Both the position numbers and the translations under genes were made by a program. Positions 1 to 10,233 of a stretch of 46,907 bases of DNA are shown piece after piece. The first letter of the stretch is position 1; every line of letters begins with the position of its first letter. Source of the DNA: Clostridia bacterium (GTDB lineage: Bacteria; Bacillota; Clostridia; Oscillospirales; Acutalibacteraceae); the NCBI GenBank assembly GCA_030526535.1, contig JAUNCP010000001.1:1-46907 (forward strand). The letters are read 5' to 3'. The notes below the pieces were generated by a model. That model was not told where the DNA came from and ran no database searches. It saw only the letters and a program-made list of their open reading frames with translations.

Positions 1-215
1 ATATTTGTAATTTAATAAACAAAAAATCCTCAGTTTCTATTGGGTGTGTCGTTGTAATTGTAATCCTTGCTAGATTTGGTTCAACTTCCAGTGATACCGC
101 TACATATGTTTTTCAAAGAGTTATGGACACCATACTCGGAGTTTTTGTAGCTACATTTATAAATAAATTTAGTTTTTGGAGCAAAAAAGCAGGTTCTGGT
201 GATACTCAAACTTAA
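1..215 (+). CDS. 3' end of a gene cut by the window edge; hydrophobic C-terminus (...VMDTILGVFVATFINKFSFWSKKAGSGDTQT*), possibly an aromatic-acid-exporter/FUSC-like membrane protein
   Basis: Frame 3 is open from the window edge to TAA at 213-215. The family guess rests only on a weak resemblance of the C-terminal helix. Confidence 0.3.
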   Translation, partial: ICNLINKKSSVSIGCVVVIVILARFGSTSSDTATYVFQRVMDTILGVFVATFINKFSFWSKKAGSGDTQT

Positions 216-236
216 ATAAAAAGGAGAGATAGCACA

Positions 237-1580
237 ATGAAAAAACGTTATTGGATTTTTATATCCATTGTATTATTTTTTATGATTTCTTCAATTTTAA
301 TTTTTATATTTAAAATTTCAAATTCAGAAAACAATTTACTTTTTACCTCTTATTTAAATGATATTTATAGCCTGAATCAATCACCATTCGCAAGCGAGTG
401 CAACGCAAATTTGCCTCAAACTTATGCAAAAAATGCAATTCAAACAAATAAAAATATTCAAAGTAAGCTGGCGTTAAAATATAAAGTGAACACAGGATTT
501 GATTCCCTTCTTTCGCAAACCGAAAAAAACTGTTACCAATTAATAAAAAATCATTGCGGACATATATCTAAAAACAGAAACGAAAAGGGACTGTATCTCA
601 TCGAACAATTTACAATTAAAAATTCAAAACTATCCGCAGAAACAATAAAAAAAGTTTTGTATGCTATTCAAAATGACAATCCTGACATATTTTGGATATC
701 AAATACATTCAGTTACTGCTATTCAAGAAACGACACCATTATAAAATTATATTCTGTATTTTCTGCAAATGAAAAAATTGATGCCGAACAAAAGTTAAAA
801 GAAAAAGTTTTGGATATAATTTCCAAAATTCCTCCGAAAGCTACCGAATACGAAAAAGAATTATTCTTACACGACTACATTGTAAATAACTGCGAATATA
901 ACAAGTCGGCAAATTCACATAAAATTTTCACTTGCTATGGATGTTTAGTAGAACAAAAAGCGGTTTGTTCCGGATATTCAAAAGCTATGCAACTTTTAAT
1001 GAATACAATCGGTATAAATTGCATAACAATAGCAGGCTCAAGTAAAAACGAACCGCATATGTGGAATATTGTAAAAATAAATGATAAGTGCTATCATCTT
1101 GATGTAACTTGGGATGGTGTAGGTGGACTTAATCAATATAATTATTTTAATGTAAATGATGAAATAATAAAAAAAGATCATAATATAAATCCCACATTTG
1201 AAGGTACACGAAATAATATAGGCAAAATTTACAGGAATTTTAATTTGCCGAAATGTTCGGAATTGCAAGATAATTATTATGAAAAAAATGCTGTTAAAAT
1301 AAGTGATTTGTCTGAAAATTCACAGGATAAAATAGTAGAAAAATTATTAAATATAGCTAACTCTAAAAAAGAATACTTATATATAAAAACTGTCGACAAC
1401 TTAAATTTTGATACCGCCGTTAATAGGCTTATTAAACAAAACCCATACAAATTATTTTCGTGTATACGCCGGGCTAACAAATTTATACCGAATAAATCAA
1501 AAAAATTTATTGATAACAATATACAGTTCAGCATTAATAAATTTCAAAATGTTTTGGCAGTTAAATTGAGTTATGTATAA
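237..1580 (+). CDS. membrane-anchored transglutaminase-like cysteine protease domain protein
   Basis: N-terminal TM helix (YWIFISIVLFFMISSILIFIF). Transglutaminase-core Cys/His/Asp pattern: AVCSGYSKAMQLL ... HMWNIVKI ... YHLDVTWD. AGGAG RBS precedes the ATG. Confidence 0.7.
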   Translation: MKKRYWIFISIVLFFMISSILIFIFKISNSENNLLFTSYLNDIYSLNQSPFASECNANLPQTYAKNAIQTNKNIQSKLALKYKVNTGFDSLLSQTEKNCYQLIKNHCGHISKNRNEKGLYLIEQFTIKNSKLSAETIKKVLYAIQNDNPDIFWISNTFSYCYSRNDTIIKLYSVFSANEKIDAEQKLKEKVLDIISKIPPKATEYEKELFLHDYIVNNCEYNKSANSHKIFTCYGCLVEQKAVCSGYSKAMQLLMNTIGINCITIAGSSKNEPHMWNIVKINDKCYHLDVTWDGVGGLNQYNYFNVNDEIIKKDHNINPTFEGTRNNIGKIYRNFNLPKCSELQDNYYEKNAVKISDLSENSQDKIVEKLLNIANSKKEYLYIKTVDNLNFDTAVNRLIKQNPYKLFSCIRRANKFIPNKSKKFIDNNIQFSINKFQNVLAVKLSYV

Positions 1581-1606
1581 GATCATATAAAGGATGTTCA
1601 TATGAT

Positions 1607-2125
1607 ATGATAGATAAAGAAAAAATAAAATCGGCCGTTCTAAATATTTTGGAAGCCATAGGTGAAAATATCAATAGAGAAGGATTGAAAGAAACGCCGG
1701 AAAGAGTTGCGAATATGTGTGAAGAAATTTTTTGCGGACTCCAAAAGCTTCCGGATAATATCGTGACAACATTTAAAAACAATACATATGACAGCACTTC
1801 TGCTATAGAAATAAACAACATACCCGTACGTTCCATATGTGAACATCATCTTTTGCCTTTCATTGGTACAGCTACCATTAAATATATACCAAAAGATGGC
1901 GTGGTACTTGGTTTGTCTAAATTCTCACGTATAGTTAATTATTTTTCTTCTAAACCACAGATGCAAGAGCGTTTAACGTCTGAAATTGCCGAATTTTTAT
2001 TTTCAAAGTTAAATCCCAAAGGAATAAAAGTAAAATTGGAATGCGAACATATGTGTATGTCCATACGTGGCGTGAAATCCATAGGAGCTGTAACTAAAAC
2101 CGAAGTGACACTTGGCGATATTTAA
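1607..2125 (+). CDS. folE: GTP cyclohydrolase I
   Basis: REGLKETPERVA and SICEHHLLPF motifs are typical of FolE. It is the first gene of a fol operon. Confidence 0.9.
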   Translation: MIDKEKIKSAVLNILEAIGENINREGLKETPERVANMCEEIFCGLQKLPDNIVTTFKNNTYDSTSAIEINNIPVRSICEHHLLPFIGTATIKYIPKDGVVLGLSKFSRIVNYFSSKPQMQERLTSEIAEFLFSKLNPKGIKVKLECEHMCMSIRGVKSIGAVTKTEVTLGDI

Positions 2126-2140
2126 TTGAGGAGAATTTTT

Positions 2141-2932
2141 TTGAATTTTAGTTTTACAAATTATAATTTAGACCTTTCAAAAAAAACATACATAATGGGT
2201 ATATTAAATATCACACCCGATTCATTTTCTGATGGCGGTAAGTGGTTTGAAACCGAAAAAGCGATAACTAAGGCTTTCGAAATTGAAAAAGATGGCGCAG
2301 ATATAATAGACATCGGAGCTCAATCGACCAGACCAGGATTTAAAGCTGTTTCTGTAAAAGAAGAATGGAATCGACTAGAGCCTGTTTTATCAGCTATAAA
2401 AGGAAAAATTAAAATTCCTATCTCGATTGACACATTTTACAAAGAAGTAGCTGAAAAATCTATTAAATATGGCGCCGACATTATAAACGATATTACGGGA
2501 TGTTGCGATAACGATATGTTTTCAGCTCTAGAAAATAATAATTGCGGCATCATAATAAACCATAATTTTGGCGATTTAAATATAAAAAGTTTTTTTGAAA
2601 ATAAACTCCAAGAAGCGAAAAGCTATGGCATAAATAACGATAGAATTTGTTTTGACCCGGGTATAGGATTTAATAAAAATCAAAATCAAGACGCTTTTAT
2701 AATTAAAAATCTTCAAAATTTCAAAATAAAAGAAAACGCGTTATTAATTGGATTGTCAAGAAAAAGAGTCATAGGAGTTAATTGTGGTAATCCTTTGCCG
2801 AAAGACAGAGTATTCGGAACTATTGCCGCAAACACTTTAGCAATAAAAAATGGCGCAAATATAATACGGGTACATGATGTTAAAGAAGCTGTACAAGCTT
2901 CTCAAGTTACGGATGCAATTTTAAAAGCATAA
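2141..2932 (+). CDS. folP: dihydropteroate synthase
   Basis: IMGILNITPDSFSDGG, DIGAQSTRPG and GLSRK motifs. The ORF track starts at 2126, but GAGGAG (2128-2133) favours the TTG at 2141. Confidence 0.9.
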   Translation: MNFSFTNYNLDLSKKTYIMGILNITPDSFSDGGKWFETEKAITKAFEIEKDGADIIDIGAQSTRPGFKAVSVKEEWNRLEPVLSAIKGKIKIPISIDTFYKEVAEKSIKYGADIINDITGCCDNDMFSALENNNCGIIINHNFGDLNIKSFFENKLQEAKSYGINNDRICFDPGIGFNKNQNQDAFIIKNLQNFKIKENALLIGLSRKRVIGVNCGNPLPKDRVFGTIAANTLAIKNGANIIRVHDVKEAVQASQVTDAILKA

Positions 2933-2944
2933 GGAGAAATAAAA

Positions 2945-3319
2945 TTGGACAGCATAATAATAAAAAATTTAAAAATTTATGCATATCATGGAGTTAACGA
3001 CGAAGAAAAAATTGACGGACAAAATTTTTTTATAGACGCAGTAATGTTTATAGACAAAAGAGATGCATTTAAAAAAGACGATATAAATAAAACTTTAAGC
3101 TATTCTTCTGCTTGCAAAATTATAAAAAAAGTTGTAGAACTTGATAAGTACAATTTAATAGAAACGGTAGCGGAAAAAATATCCAGAGCTTTATTTGAAA
3201 ATTTCCACGATTTAAAAAAAGCTGAAATAACCGTAAAAAAGCCTGAAGCTCCAATGAAAGCAGATTTTGAATATGTTGCGGTAAAAATAATAAGAGAAAA
3301 AAGTGATTATAATGAGTGA
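2945..3319 (+). CDS. folB: dihydroneopterin aldolase
   Basis: Sequence (IKNLKIYAYHGVNDEEKIDGQNFFIDA) and ~120 aa size fit FolB. It lies between folP and folK. AAGGAG RBS before the TTG start. Confidence 0.85.
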   Translation: MDSIIIKNLKIYAYHGVNDEEKIDGQNFFIDAVMFIDKRDAFKKDDINKTLSYSSACKIIKKVVELDKYNLIETVAEKISRALFENFHDLKKAEITVKKPEAPMKADFEYVAVKIIREKSDYNE

Positions 3320-3794
3320 AGCGATATTATCACTCGGGAGTAATCTCGGTGACAGATTTTTTAATATTACAAAAGCAATTGAGTCTATTCAAAATTTGCC
3401 CGAAACTGAAATTTTAAAAATTTCGGATTTTTACGAAACAGAACCATACGGCGTTACGGAAAAACAAGAGAAATATATAAATTGTTGTTTGAAAATAGAA
3501 ACAGAACTATCTTCTGAAATTCTAATGGGAACATTTTTGGGAATAGAATCTGTGCTCGGAAGAATTCGGACCCATAGATTTTCGCCAAGAACAATTGATA
3601 TAGACCTTTTGGCATACGGAAAAGAAAAACAGAATAAAAAAAATCTTATATTACCACATCCAAGAATGCTTGAAAGAGCGTTTGTTTTGGTTCCTTTAAG
3701 TGATATATGTGAGAATATGGAATTCAATAATATAAATTTTAAAAATATTATTAAATGTTTAGATACAAAGGGAATCAAAAAAATACTTAAATAG
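3312..3794 (+). CDS. folK: 2-amino-4-hydroxy-6-hydroxymethyldihydropteridine diphosphokinase (HPPK)
   Basis: LSLGSNLGDR, YETEPYG, RTIDIDLL and LPHPRM..RAFVL motifs. It overlaps the folB stop. The start could be GTG 3303 or ATG 3312. Confidence 0.9.
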   Translation: MSEAILSLGSNLGDRFFNITKAIESIQNLPETEILKISDFYETEPYGVTEKQEKYINCCLKIETELSSEILMGTFLGIESVLGRIRTHRFSPRTIDIDLLAYGKEKQNKKNLILPHPRMLERAFVLVPLSDICENMEFNNINFKNIIKCLDTKGIKKILK

Positions 3795-3807
3795 GGAGAT
3801 TGGAAAA

Positions 3808-5055
3808 TTGGTATTTAGCAAAAAAATTAAAACAGCTTCAGATAAAGCATTAGAAATGTGCAAAGAGATATTTGTAGAAATAAAAAAAATTGAAGAATAC
3901 AATCAACAAAAAGTTTTAAAATCTTTTATAAAAAATGAAATTAGCGAAAGTCATTTCGTAGAAACCACAGGATATGGATATAATGACCGTGGAAGAGAAA
4001 AATTGGATAAAGTTTTTGCGGACATTTTTGAGTGTGAAGATGCTCTAGTAAGACATAATTTTGTCAGCGGGACACACACATTATCAACCGCATTATTCGG
4101 AATATTGAGACCAAAAGATAAAGTTCTTTGCGTAACCGGCATACCTTATGACACTCTTTCCGATGTTATAAACTCGAAAGGCAAAAATTATGGTTCACTC
4201 AACGATTTTGATATCGATTTTGAATATATTGATTATAACAAAAACGAAGATATTTATTTTAAAAATATAAAAAATAAGCTTTTAAAAAACAAATATAAAT
4301 TATTATATATACAGCGTTCTCGGGGATATACACTCAGAGATTCCTTAAGTTCGAAAAAAATCGGTGACATTATCCAATTTGCAAAAAGCATAGATGATAA
4401 AATTATATCTATGGTAGATAATTGCTACGGAGAATTTGCCGAAAAGCATGAACCTACACATTTCGGAGCAGATTTAATAGCAGGTTCTTTAATAAAAAAT
4501 CCCGGTGGCGGAATAGCCGTAAGCGGTGGATACATAGCTGGCAAAAAAAAATTCGTAGAACAATGCGCTTATCGTTTAACGGCTCCCGGAATAGGAAAAG
4601 AAATCGGTGCTAATTTTGGCGTTAACAGAAGTCTATTTATGGGGATATTAAACGCACCGCATGTAGTAGCAGAAGCAAAGAAAACTGCTGTCTTTGCAGC
4701 GGCACTGTTTGATATATTTGGATATGAAGTTTATCCAAAATATAACGAAACAAGGTGCGATATCGTACAATCTATAGTTTTGCAAAAACCCGAATTGCTT
4801 ATAAACTTTTGTAAAGGAATTCAATCCGCATCTCCGATAGATTCATTCGTTTCACCGGAACCATGGGATATGCCAGGATATGAAAACAAAATTATAATGG
4901 CTGCAGGAACGTTTGTATCAGGCTCATCAATAGAACTTTCCGCAGACGGACCGCTAAAAAGCCCGTATACCGTATGGGTTCAGGGAGGAACAAGTTTTTA
5001 TTGTTCCAAATTAGGAATAATGGCAGCGGCAGAAAAAGTTATAGATCAAAATTAA
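3808..5055 (+). CDS. aluminium-resistance/YnbB-family PLP-dependent (methionine gamma-lyase-like) protein
   Basis: N-terminal pattern (...QKVLKSF...ISESHF..TTGYGYNDRGREKLD.VFA..F..EDALVR...VSGTH) and ~415 aa length are characteristic of this family. Confidence 0.75.
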   Translation: MVFSKKIKTASDKALEMCKEIFVEIKKIEEYNQQKVLKSFIKNEISESHFVETTGYGYNDRGREKLDKVFADIFECEDALVRHNFVSGTHTLSTALFGILRPKDKVLCVTGIPYDTLSDVINSKGKNYGSLNDFDIDFEYIDYNKNEDIYFKNIKNKLLKNKYKLLYIQRSRGYTLRDSLSSKKIGDIIQFAKSIDDKIISMVDNCYGEFAEKHEPTHFGADLIAGSLIKNPGGGIAVSGGYIAGKKKFVEQCAYRLTAPGIGKEIGANFGVNRSLFMGILNAPHVVAEAKKTAVFAAALFDIFGYEVYPKYNETRCDIVQSIVLQKPELLINFCKGIQSASPIDSFVSPEPWDMPGYENKIIMAAGTFVSGSSIELSADGPLKSPYTVWVQGGTSFYCSKLGIMAAAEKVIDQN

Positions 5056-5076
5056 GCTTTTACAAACATCAGTCTA

Positions 5077-5511
5077 TTATTTTAATAAAAAAATTATTAT
5101 TAAAATAATTGCTCCCGTCGTTATAAAATAATCTGAAAAGTTACATACCGGAGAAAAAAATGAAAGTTTTAAATAATCAAAAACGTAACCATAAAAAATT
5201 CTATCTACTAAATTTCCTACCGCTCCACCGATTATGAATGAGCTAGATAAAAGAAACCATTTATCTTTATTTTTTCTTACAAAAATTACATATAAGAATA
5301 TTAATATTTCTAAAATTGCAATCGCTATAAAAAAGTATCTTCCGCCGGGAAAAAAAGAAAATGCCGCACCTGTATTTTTTACATTTGTGATTTTCAAAAA
5401 CGGAAATATCGTACCAACGTAATCTCCATAAGCAATATTTTTATTTATACATTGTTTTAAAATAAAATCTACTATCGGTATTAAAACTATAAAAACATAA
5501 AAAAGAACCAT
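5077..5511 (-). CDS. lspA: lipoprotein signal peptidase (signal peptidase II)
   Basis: NTGAAFSF and GGAVGNLVDRI..GYVFDY motifs, four hydrophobic segments, ~145 aa. Confidence 0.9.
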   Translation of the reverse strand: MVLFYVFIVLIPIVDFILKQCINKNIAYGDYVGTIFPFLKITNVKNTGAAFSFFPGGRYFFIAIAILEILIFLYVIFVRKNKDKWFLLSSSFIIGGAVGNLVDRIFYGYVFDYLKLSFFSPVCNFSDYFITTGAIILIIIFLLK

Positions 5512-5537
5512 AAAAAATTCTCACCAATCTAAATTAC

Positions 5538-6275
5538 TTAAATTAAGAATCCCCCGTTTACTCCTATAACTTGTCCCGTTATAAAACTAGCGTTTTCGCT
5601 AGCTAAAAATACTATTGTTTTAGCTACGTCCAAAGGCGTACCTATATTTTGACAAGGTGTTTCATATTTTAGATTTTCGACATCTTCCAAACTTAAATTT
5701 TTATTCATATCGGTTTCTATAATTCCGGGCGCAACACAATTAACATTTATCCCGGAAGGCCCTAGCTCTTTTGCTAAAGCCTTAGTAAATCCTATAATTG
5801 CAGCTTTTGATGCCGAATAATGCACCTCACACGAAGCCCCTGTTATTCCCCACATCGAAGAAATATTTATTATTTTTCCGCTATGATTTTTTATCATATT
5901 TTTTACCGCTAAACTTGTACAGTTAAACATTCCACCGACATTGACATCAAACATTCTTTTCCAATCTTTGTGAGTAATATCGGTAAATAATTTCTGCTGT
6001 GCTATTCCTGCGTTATTTACTAAAACATCTATTTTAGTAAACTGATTTAGCGTTTCATTTATTAAATATTCAACTTCTTCTTTATTCGAAACATCTGCTT
6101 TTAAAGCTATTGCGCTACATCCAAAATTCCGCAATTTTTCTAAAACCTTGAGCGCTTCATTTTTTGAATTATTATAATTTATAACAATATTTTCATAACC
6201 GTTTCTTGCAAATTCGATAGCTGTTTCGGCGCCTATTCCTCTCGAAGAACCAGTTATAACGACCGTTTTTTTCAT
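5538..6275 (-). CDS. short-chain dehydrogenase/reductase, FabG-like 3-oxoacyl reductase
   Basis: TGSSRGIG cofactor motif, NNAG, and the catalytic S...YSASK pattern of classical SDRs. Confidence 0.8.
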   Translation of the reverse strand: MKKTVVITGSSRGIGAETAIEFARNGYENIVINYNNSKNEALKVLEKLRNFGCSAIALKADVSNKEEVEYLINETLNQFTKIDVLVNNAGIAQQKLFTDITHKDWKRMFDVNVGGMFNCTSLAVKNMIKNHSGKIINISSMWGITGASCEVHYSASKAAIIGFTKALAKELGPSGINVNCVAPGIIETDMNKNLSLEDVENLKYETPCQNIGTPLDVAKTIVFLASENASFITGQVIGVNGGFLI

Positions 6276-6276
6276 A

Positions 6277-6780
6277 TTATTTTTTCACCAAACACTTCAT
6301 AATTTCGCCGACATACATTTTATGATAATCATTATTTTCGTAATTTATTTTAATACTATCATCTAAAAAATTATCAGGTTTTATGAAATCGGTATAAATT
6401 TTTTTACATACAAAAACTAATTTTGCTTGACTAAAAAACGTAAAATTATCGTCAAAAATCGGAGCCAATCCTGTCGATTTCACTTTATCTAAATCTTTAC
6501 CGGAATTTCTTCCGCAAAAAGCAAGTTCTTTTTTAAATTCATCATCAAAAAATGAAAGCGTATAAAAATCATTATTTTCTAAAAATTCAAATGTATATCT
6601 TTGTGGTCTTACAAATATTGTTGCTATATTTTTATTCCAAAGCACCCCTACGCTTCCCCAACTTGCCGTCATTGTATTGAATTTTTCTTTATTTCCCGAG
6701 GTTATAAGCATCCAATCTTTTCCGATTGATTTAAAAGCGTTCATATTCAAATTTTCGCAATTAATTTCTGTAAAATTCAT
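6277..6780 (-). CDS. flavin reductase-like (FMN-binding split-barrel) domain protein
   Basis: The WMLITSG...NTMTASWGSVGVLW..N.ATIFVRPQRYT pattern is typical of this family. GGAGGAG RBS. Confidence 0.65.
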   Translation of the reverse strand: MNFTEINCENLNMNAFKSIGKDWMLITSGNKEKFNTMTASWGSVGVLWNKNIATIFVRPQRYTFEFLENNDFYTLSFFDDEFKKELAFCGRNSGKDLDKVKSTGLAPIFDDNFTFFSQAKLVFVCKKIYTDFIKPDNFLDDSIKINYENNDYHKMYVGEIMKCLVKK

Positions 6781-6799
6781 CCTATCTCCTCCGTAAAAT

Positions 6800-7348
6800 T
6801 CAAAAAATATCTTCTTTAAATAATATATACGAAAATAAATAACATGACAATAAAACGAGCGAAAAGTTATATTTTGAACTAAGTAAAATTAAAAATCCTA
6901 CAATTGCTATCGGAGTTAAAAATACAACTGATATTATATTTGAAATTTTTTTAGCTCGCTCCAAATCACTAATTTTATCGTTTAAAATTATCGACAAAAT
7001 CATTCCGCCGTCCAGCATTCCTATCGGCAATAAGTTTAATATTCCGATAAATAAATTTTGCCAAAATATTATTTCAAACAAACCTCTTTTAGTGTATAAA
7101 AATAGCAATTTTGAAATCAAAGCAATACAAAAATTCACAAACGAACCGCTAAGTAAAATTTTTATCATATCCGAATTTTTATGCACGCTCAAGATTATAT
7201 CCGAATTCACAAACCCTATTTTGATGCGCTTTAATTTATAATTTAAAAGCTTCATCTGCAAAATATGTCCGAATTCATGAAGCAAAGACGCTATAACCGC
7301 AAATATAGCTACGTTTTGTTTATCTGTAACTATAATAAGCGTAATCAT
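6800..7348 (-). CDS. site-2 protease (peptidase M50) family membrane metalloprotease, short form
   Basis: HEFGH zinc motif at aa 34-38 and a second LNLLPIGMLDGG motif. Polytopic and hydrophobic. Confidence 0.7.
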   Translation of the reverse strand: MITLIIVTDKQNVAIFAVIASLLHEFGHILQMKLLNYKLKRIKIGFVNSDIILSVHKNSDMIKILLSGSFVNFCIALISKLLFLYTKRGLFEIIFWQNLFIGILNLLPIGMLDGGMILSIILNDKISDLERAKKISNIISVVFLTPIAIVGFLILLSSKYNFSLVLLSCYLFSYILFKEDIF

Positions 7349-7423
7349 AGCAAGAAAATAAAAACTAAATTTTATTTTACAACCAAAAACAGAAAACTCT
7401 ATGCGTTAGTACCTCTTTCAAAT

Positions 7424-8842
7424 TTACTTTTCATTTAATAAATCCTTATAAATTTGAAATGCCGCTTTTTTGCCCGCTCCCATTGCAAGTATAACTGTTG
7501 CCGCACCGGTTACAATATCTCCGCCGGCATAAACGTGCTTTCTGGAGGTTTGGAGTGTTTCTTCGTTAACTATTATGCGTCCCTTTTCATCAAAATCAAT
7601 CCCTGAATTTTCTTCCCTTATAATTTTATTAGATTCATTTCCGATAGCTATTATTACTGTATCGGCTTTTAATTCAAAAAATTCATTAAGTGGCTCAACA
7701 AAATTTTTACCGCTTTCTAAGTCTTTTGATATTTTCATTTTTGAACATTTTACAGTTTCAACTTTACCGTTTGAACCTAAAAATCCCGTAGGATTACTCA
7801 AAAACATAAAGTTTATTCCTTCTTGTTTTGCGTGAAGTATTTCTTCTTTTCTTGCCGGCATATCTTCCTCGGTTCTTCTATAAACAACCGTTACGCTTTC
7901 GGGAGAGAATCTTTTTGCACATCTTGCTGCATCCATTGCAACGTTTCCTCCGCCGACAACTATCACATTTTTAGATTTTTGTATCGGAGTATCAAACTGC
8001 GGATTGTACGCTTTCATGAGATTTACTCTCGTTAAATATTCATTTGCATAATAAATTCCCGCTAAGCCTTCTCCCGGCAAATTCATAAACCTAGGAAGCC
8101 CTGCACCTGTTGAAATGTAAACCGCACTATAACCATTTTCAAAAAGCTCGTCAACAGTAAAACTTTTTCCGATAACAACATTTGTAATTAAATTTACGGA
8201 TTTATTTTTTAAATTTTCAAGCTCATAATTCAAAATATCCTTCGGAAGTCTAAATTCAGGTATTCCGTACGCCAAAACTCCTCCGCAAGAATGAAGCGCT
8301 TCAAAAACATCAACCTTAAATCCAAAATCAGCAAGTTCAGACGCACAAGCAAGTCCGGATGGTCCGGAACCTACTATTGCAATTTTATGCTTACCGCACT
8401 CGATATTATTTACAATTTTCTCTTTTTTGTTGTCAGTTTTAGATTTTTTTCCATCGAAAATATGTTTATCCGCAACGTATCTTTCGAGTCTACCGATTGC
8501 AACAGGTTCGCCTTTTATCCCCCTAACACAATTAGCTTCACATTGTTTTTCTTGCGGACACACTCTGCCGCAAATTGCCGGAAAAGAATTATTTTCTATG
8601 ATTACGTCATAAGCAAAATCAATTTTACCTTCGGAAACAAGGTGTATAAATTTAGGTATATCTACATTTACAGGGCAACCGCTTACGCAAGGTTTATTTT
8701 TACAATTTAAACATCGCCGAGCTTCTTTTATAGCGCATTCGTCACTGAACCCTAATTCCACTTCCTTAAAACTTGTTTTTCTTTCTTCATCCCTTAGCAT
8801 AGGCATCGGTTCTTTTACATTAGATTTATTAATCATAATCAA
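7424..8842 (-). CDS. nfnB: NADPH-dependent glutamate-synthase-small-chain-like oxidoreductase (NfnB-type subunit)
   Basis: N-terminal Fe-S Cys clusters (CLNCKNKPCVSGCPV; CGRVCPQEKQCEANC). Two dinucleotide folds (VGSGPSGLA; VVGGGNVAMD). Start overlaps the stop of the preceding FAD/NAD/2Fe-2S subunit gene. Confidence 0.8.
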   Translation of the reverse strand: MIMINKSNVKEPMPMLRDEERKTSFKEVELGFSDECAIKEARRCLNCKNKPCVSGCPVNVDIPKFIHLVSEGKIDFAYDVIIENNSFPAICGRVCPQEKQCEANCVRGIKGEPVAIGRLERYVADKHIFDGKKSKTDNKKEKIVNNIECGKHKIAIVGSGPSGLACASELADFGFKVDVFEALHSCGGVLAYGIPEFRLPKDILNYELENLKNKSVNLITNVVIGKSFTVDELFENGYSAVYISTGAGLPRFMNLPGEGLAGIYYANEYLTRVNLMKAYNPQFDTPIQKSKNVIVVGGGNVAMDAARCAKRFSPESVTVVYRRTEEDMPARKEEILHAKQEGINFMFLSNPTGFLGSNGKVETVKCSKMKISKDLESGKNFVEPLNEFFELKADTVIIAIGNESNKIIREENSGIDFDEKGRIIVNEETLQTSRKHVYAGGDIVTGAATVILAMGAGKKAAFQIYKDLLNEK

Positions 8843-9675
8843 ACACCTTTTAATAAATTACAATAATTTTTCAAAGATTTATCTTCTTCGCTTTTGAATG
8901 CTTGTAGTCTTGACATAGTTTCATCGAAATTAACTTCATGCCCGTCGAAATCAGGGCCGTCTACGCAAGCGAATTTTATTTTTCCGCCTACATTTAACCT
9001 ACATCCTCCGCACATTCCTGTTCCGTCTATCATTATCGCCGTCATACTTACAATCGTTTTTATGTTAAATTTTTTAGTAACGTTGCAAACTGCTTTCATC
9101 ATTGGTAGCGGCCCGATAGCTATCACAACATCAAAGTCAGAATTTTCGGAAAGCTTTTCTTCCAAAACATTCGTAACAAATCCTTTTTTACCATTTGAGC
9201 CGTCATCTGTTGTTACATCAAAATTATCTGAAACCGCTTTTATATCGTTTTCGAGTATAATTAAATCTTTATTTCTGAACCCCGCTATAAAATCTACACT
9301 TGCGCTCAATTTTTTTAATTTTTTTGCAACAGGATACGCAATAGCGATTCCAACTCCTCCGGAAACAACTATAGTTTTTTTGTATCCTAAAAGCTCCGTT
9401 TCTTTTCCTAAGGGTCCAACAACGTCTAAAATATAATCATTTTCTTGCTTTTGATCTAATTTATATGTCGTAGTTCCTATTTTTTGATAAATTATATCTA
9501 TCGTTCCGTTTGCTCTGTCGTAATCAAAAACAGTTAGCGGTATTCTTTCGCCAAATTCATCGACTCTTAGAATTATAAATTGTCCTTCTTGTATATTTTT
9601 AGCAACATTTGGCGCAAGTATCGTCATTTTCGATATGCTTTCGTTTAGTATTTCTTTTTTTAGTATTTTAAACAT
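8839..9675 (-). CDS. nfnA: sulfide/dihydroorotate-dehydrogenase-like FAD/NAD-binding 2Fe-2S subunit (NfnA-type)
   Basis: ~280 aa with the C-terminal GTGMCGGCR...ACVDGP cluster motif. Its stop overlaps the start of the GltD-like subunit gene (4 nt). Confidence 0.75.
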   Translation of the reverse strand: MFKILKKEILNESISKMTILAPNVAKNIQEGQFIILRVDEFGERIPLTVFDYDRANGTIDIIYQKIGTTTYKLDQKQENDYILDVVGPLGKETELLGYKKTIVVSGGVGIAIAYPVAKKLKKLSASVDFIAGFRNKDLIILENDIKAVSDNFDVTTDDGSNGKKGFVTNVLEEKLSENSDFDVVIAIGPLPMMKAVCNVTKKFNIKTIVSMTAIMIDGTGMCGGCRLNVGGKIKFACVDGPDFDGHEVNFDETMSRLQAFKSEEDKSLKNYCNLLKGV

Positions 9676-9747
9676 AGAAATTTCATAACACTCCCTGTAT
9701 ATTATAAATTTTCAAAAAAACATTTTTCAAATATTATAAAAGTATCA

Positions 9748-10140
9748 CTATGTATCAAAATTAAATAATTTTATACCAAACCCAAGCCATCTGCCGTCTA
9801 TATCTTCTAAAACTAACTCTTTATTATCATAGTCAGTTACAGAAAGCCTTTTTACAACTTTAAGCCCTTTGCTATCAAATTCCTCTTGTAATTCTTCTTG
9901 ATTATTTACGATTATATAAATGTCATATCCATAACCATACAATTCATGGTTTGGAATAACTTTTTGACCTTTTGAATCTGTGAGTATTATTTCTACATCG
10001 TCTTTGTACAGACATATATGTGGTTCTTTGGCATTTAGATATTCAACGGCATCAAATCCTAATTTTTGAACGTAAAAATCAGCAGTTTTTCCGATATTTG
10101 GTGTAGGAAAAACGGGATGCGTAAAATACATTCTTTTCAT
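9748..10140 (-). CDS. glyoxalase/bleomycin-resistance (VOC) family protein
   Basis: 130 aa with the beta-alpha-beta-beta-beta style pattern (FYVQKLGF...; DIDGRWLGFG) seen in bleomycin-resistance-like VOC proteins. Confidence 0.6.
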   Translation of the reverse strand: MKRMYFTHPVFPTPNIGKTADFYVQKLGFDAVEYLNAKEPHICLYKDDVEIILTDSKGQKVIPNHELYGYGYDIYIIVNNQEELQEEFDSKGLKVVKRLSVTDYDNKELVLEDIDGRWLGFGIKLFNFDT

Positions 10141-10179
10141 AAATTATTTTTTCTCCTTTTCGATTTTAATTCCATATAA

Positions 10180-10225
10180 TATCAAAAATCATCTGCCGTA
10201 CTTACCAAAGCAGATGATTTGCTTT
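10180..10225 (-). terminator. Rho-independent terminator downstream of the glutamine synthetase gene
   Basis: 10-11 bp stem: aaatcatctg(c) at 10186-10196 pairs with (g)cagatgattt at 10210-10220. A T-rich tract follows on the minus strand. Confidence 0.6.
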
Positions 10226-10233
10226 TAACTAAA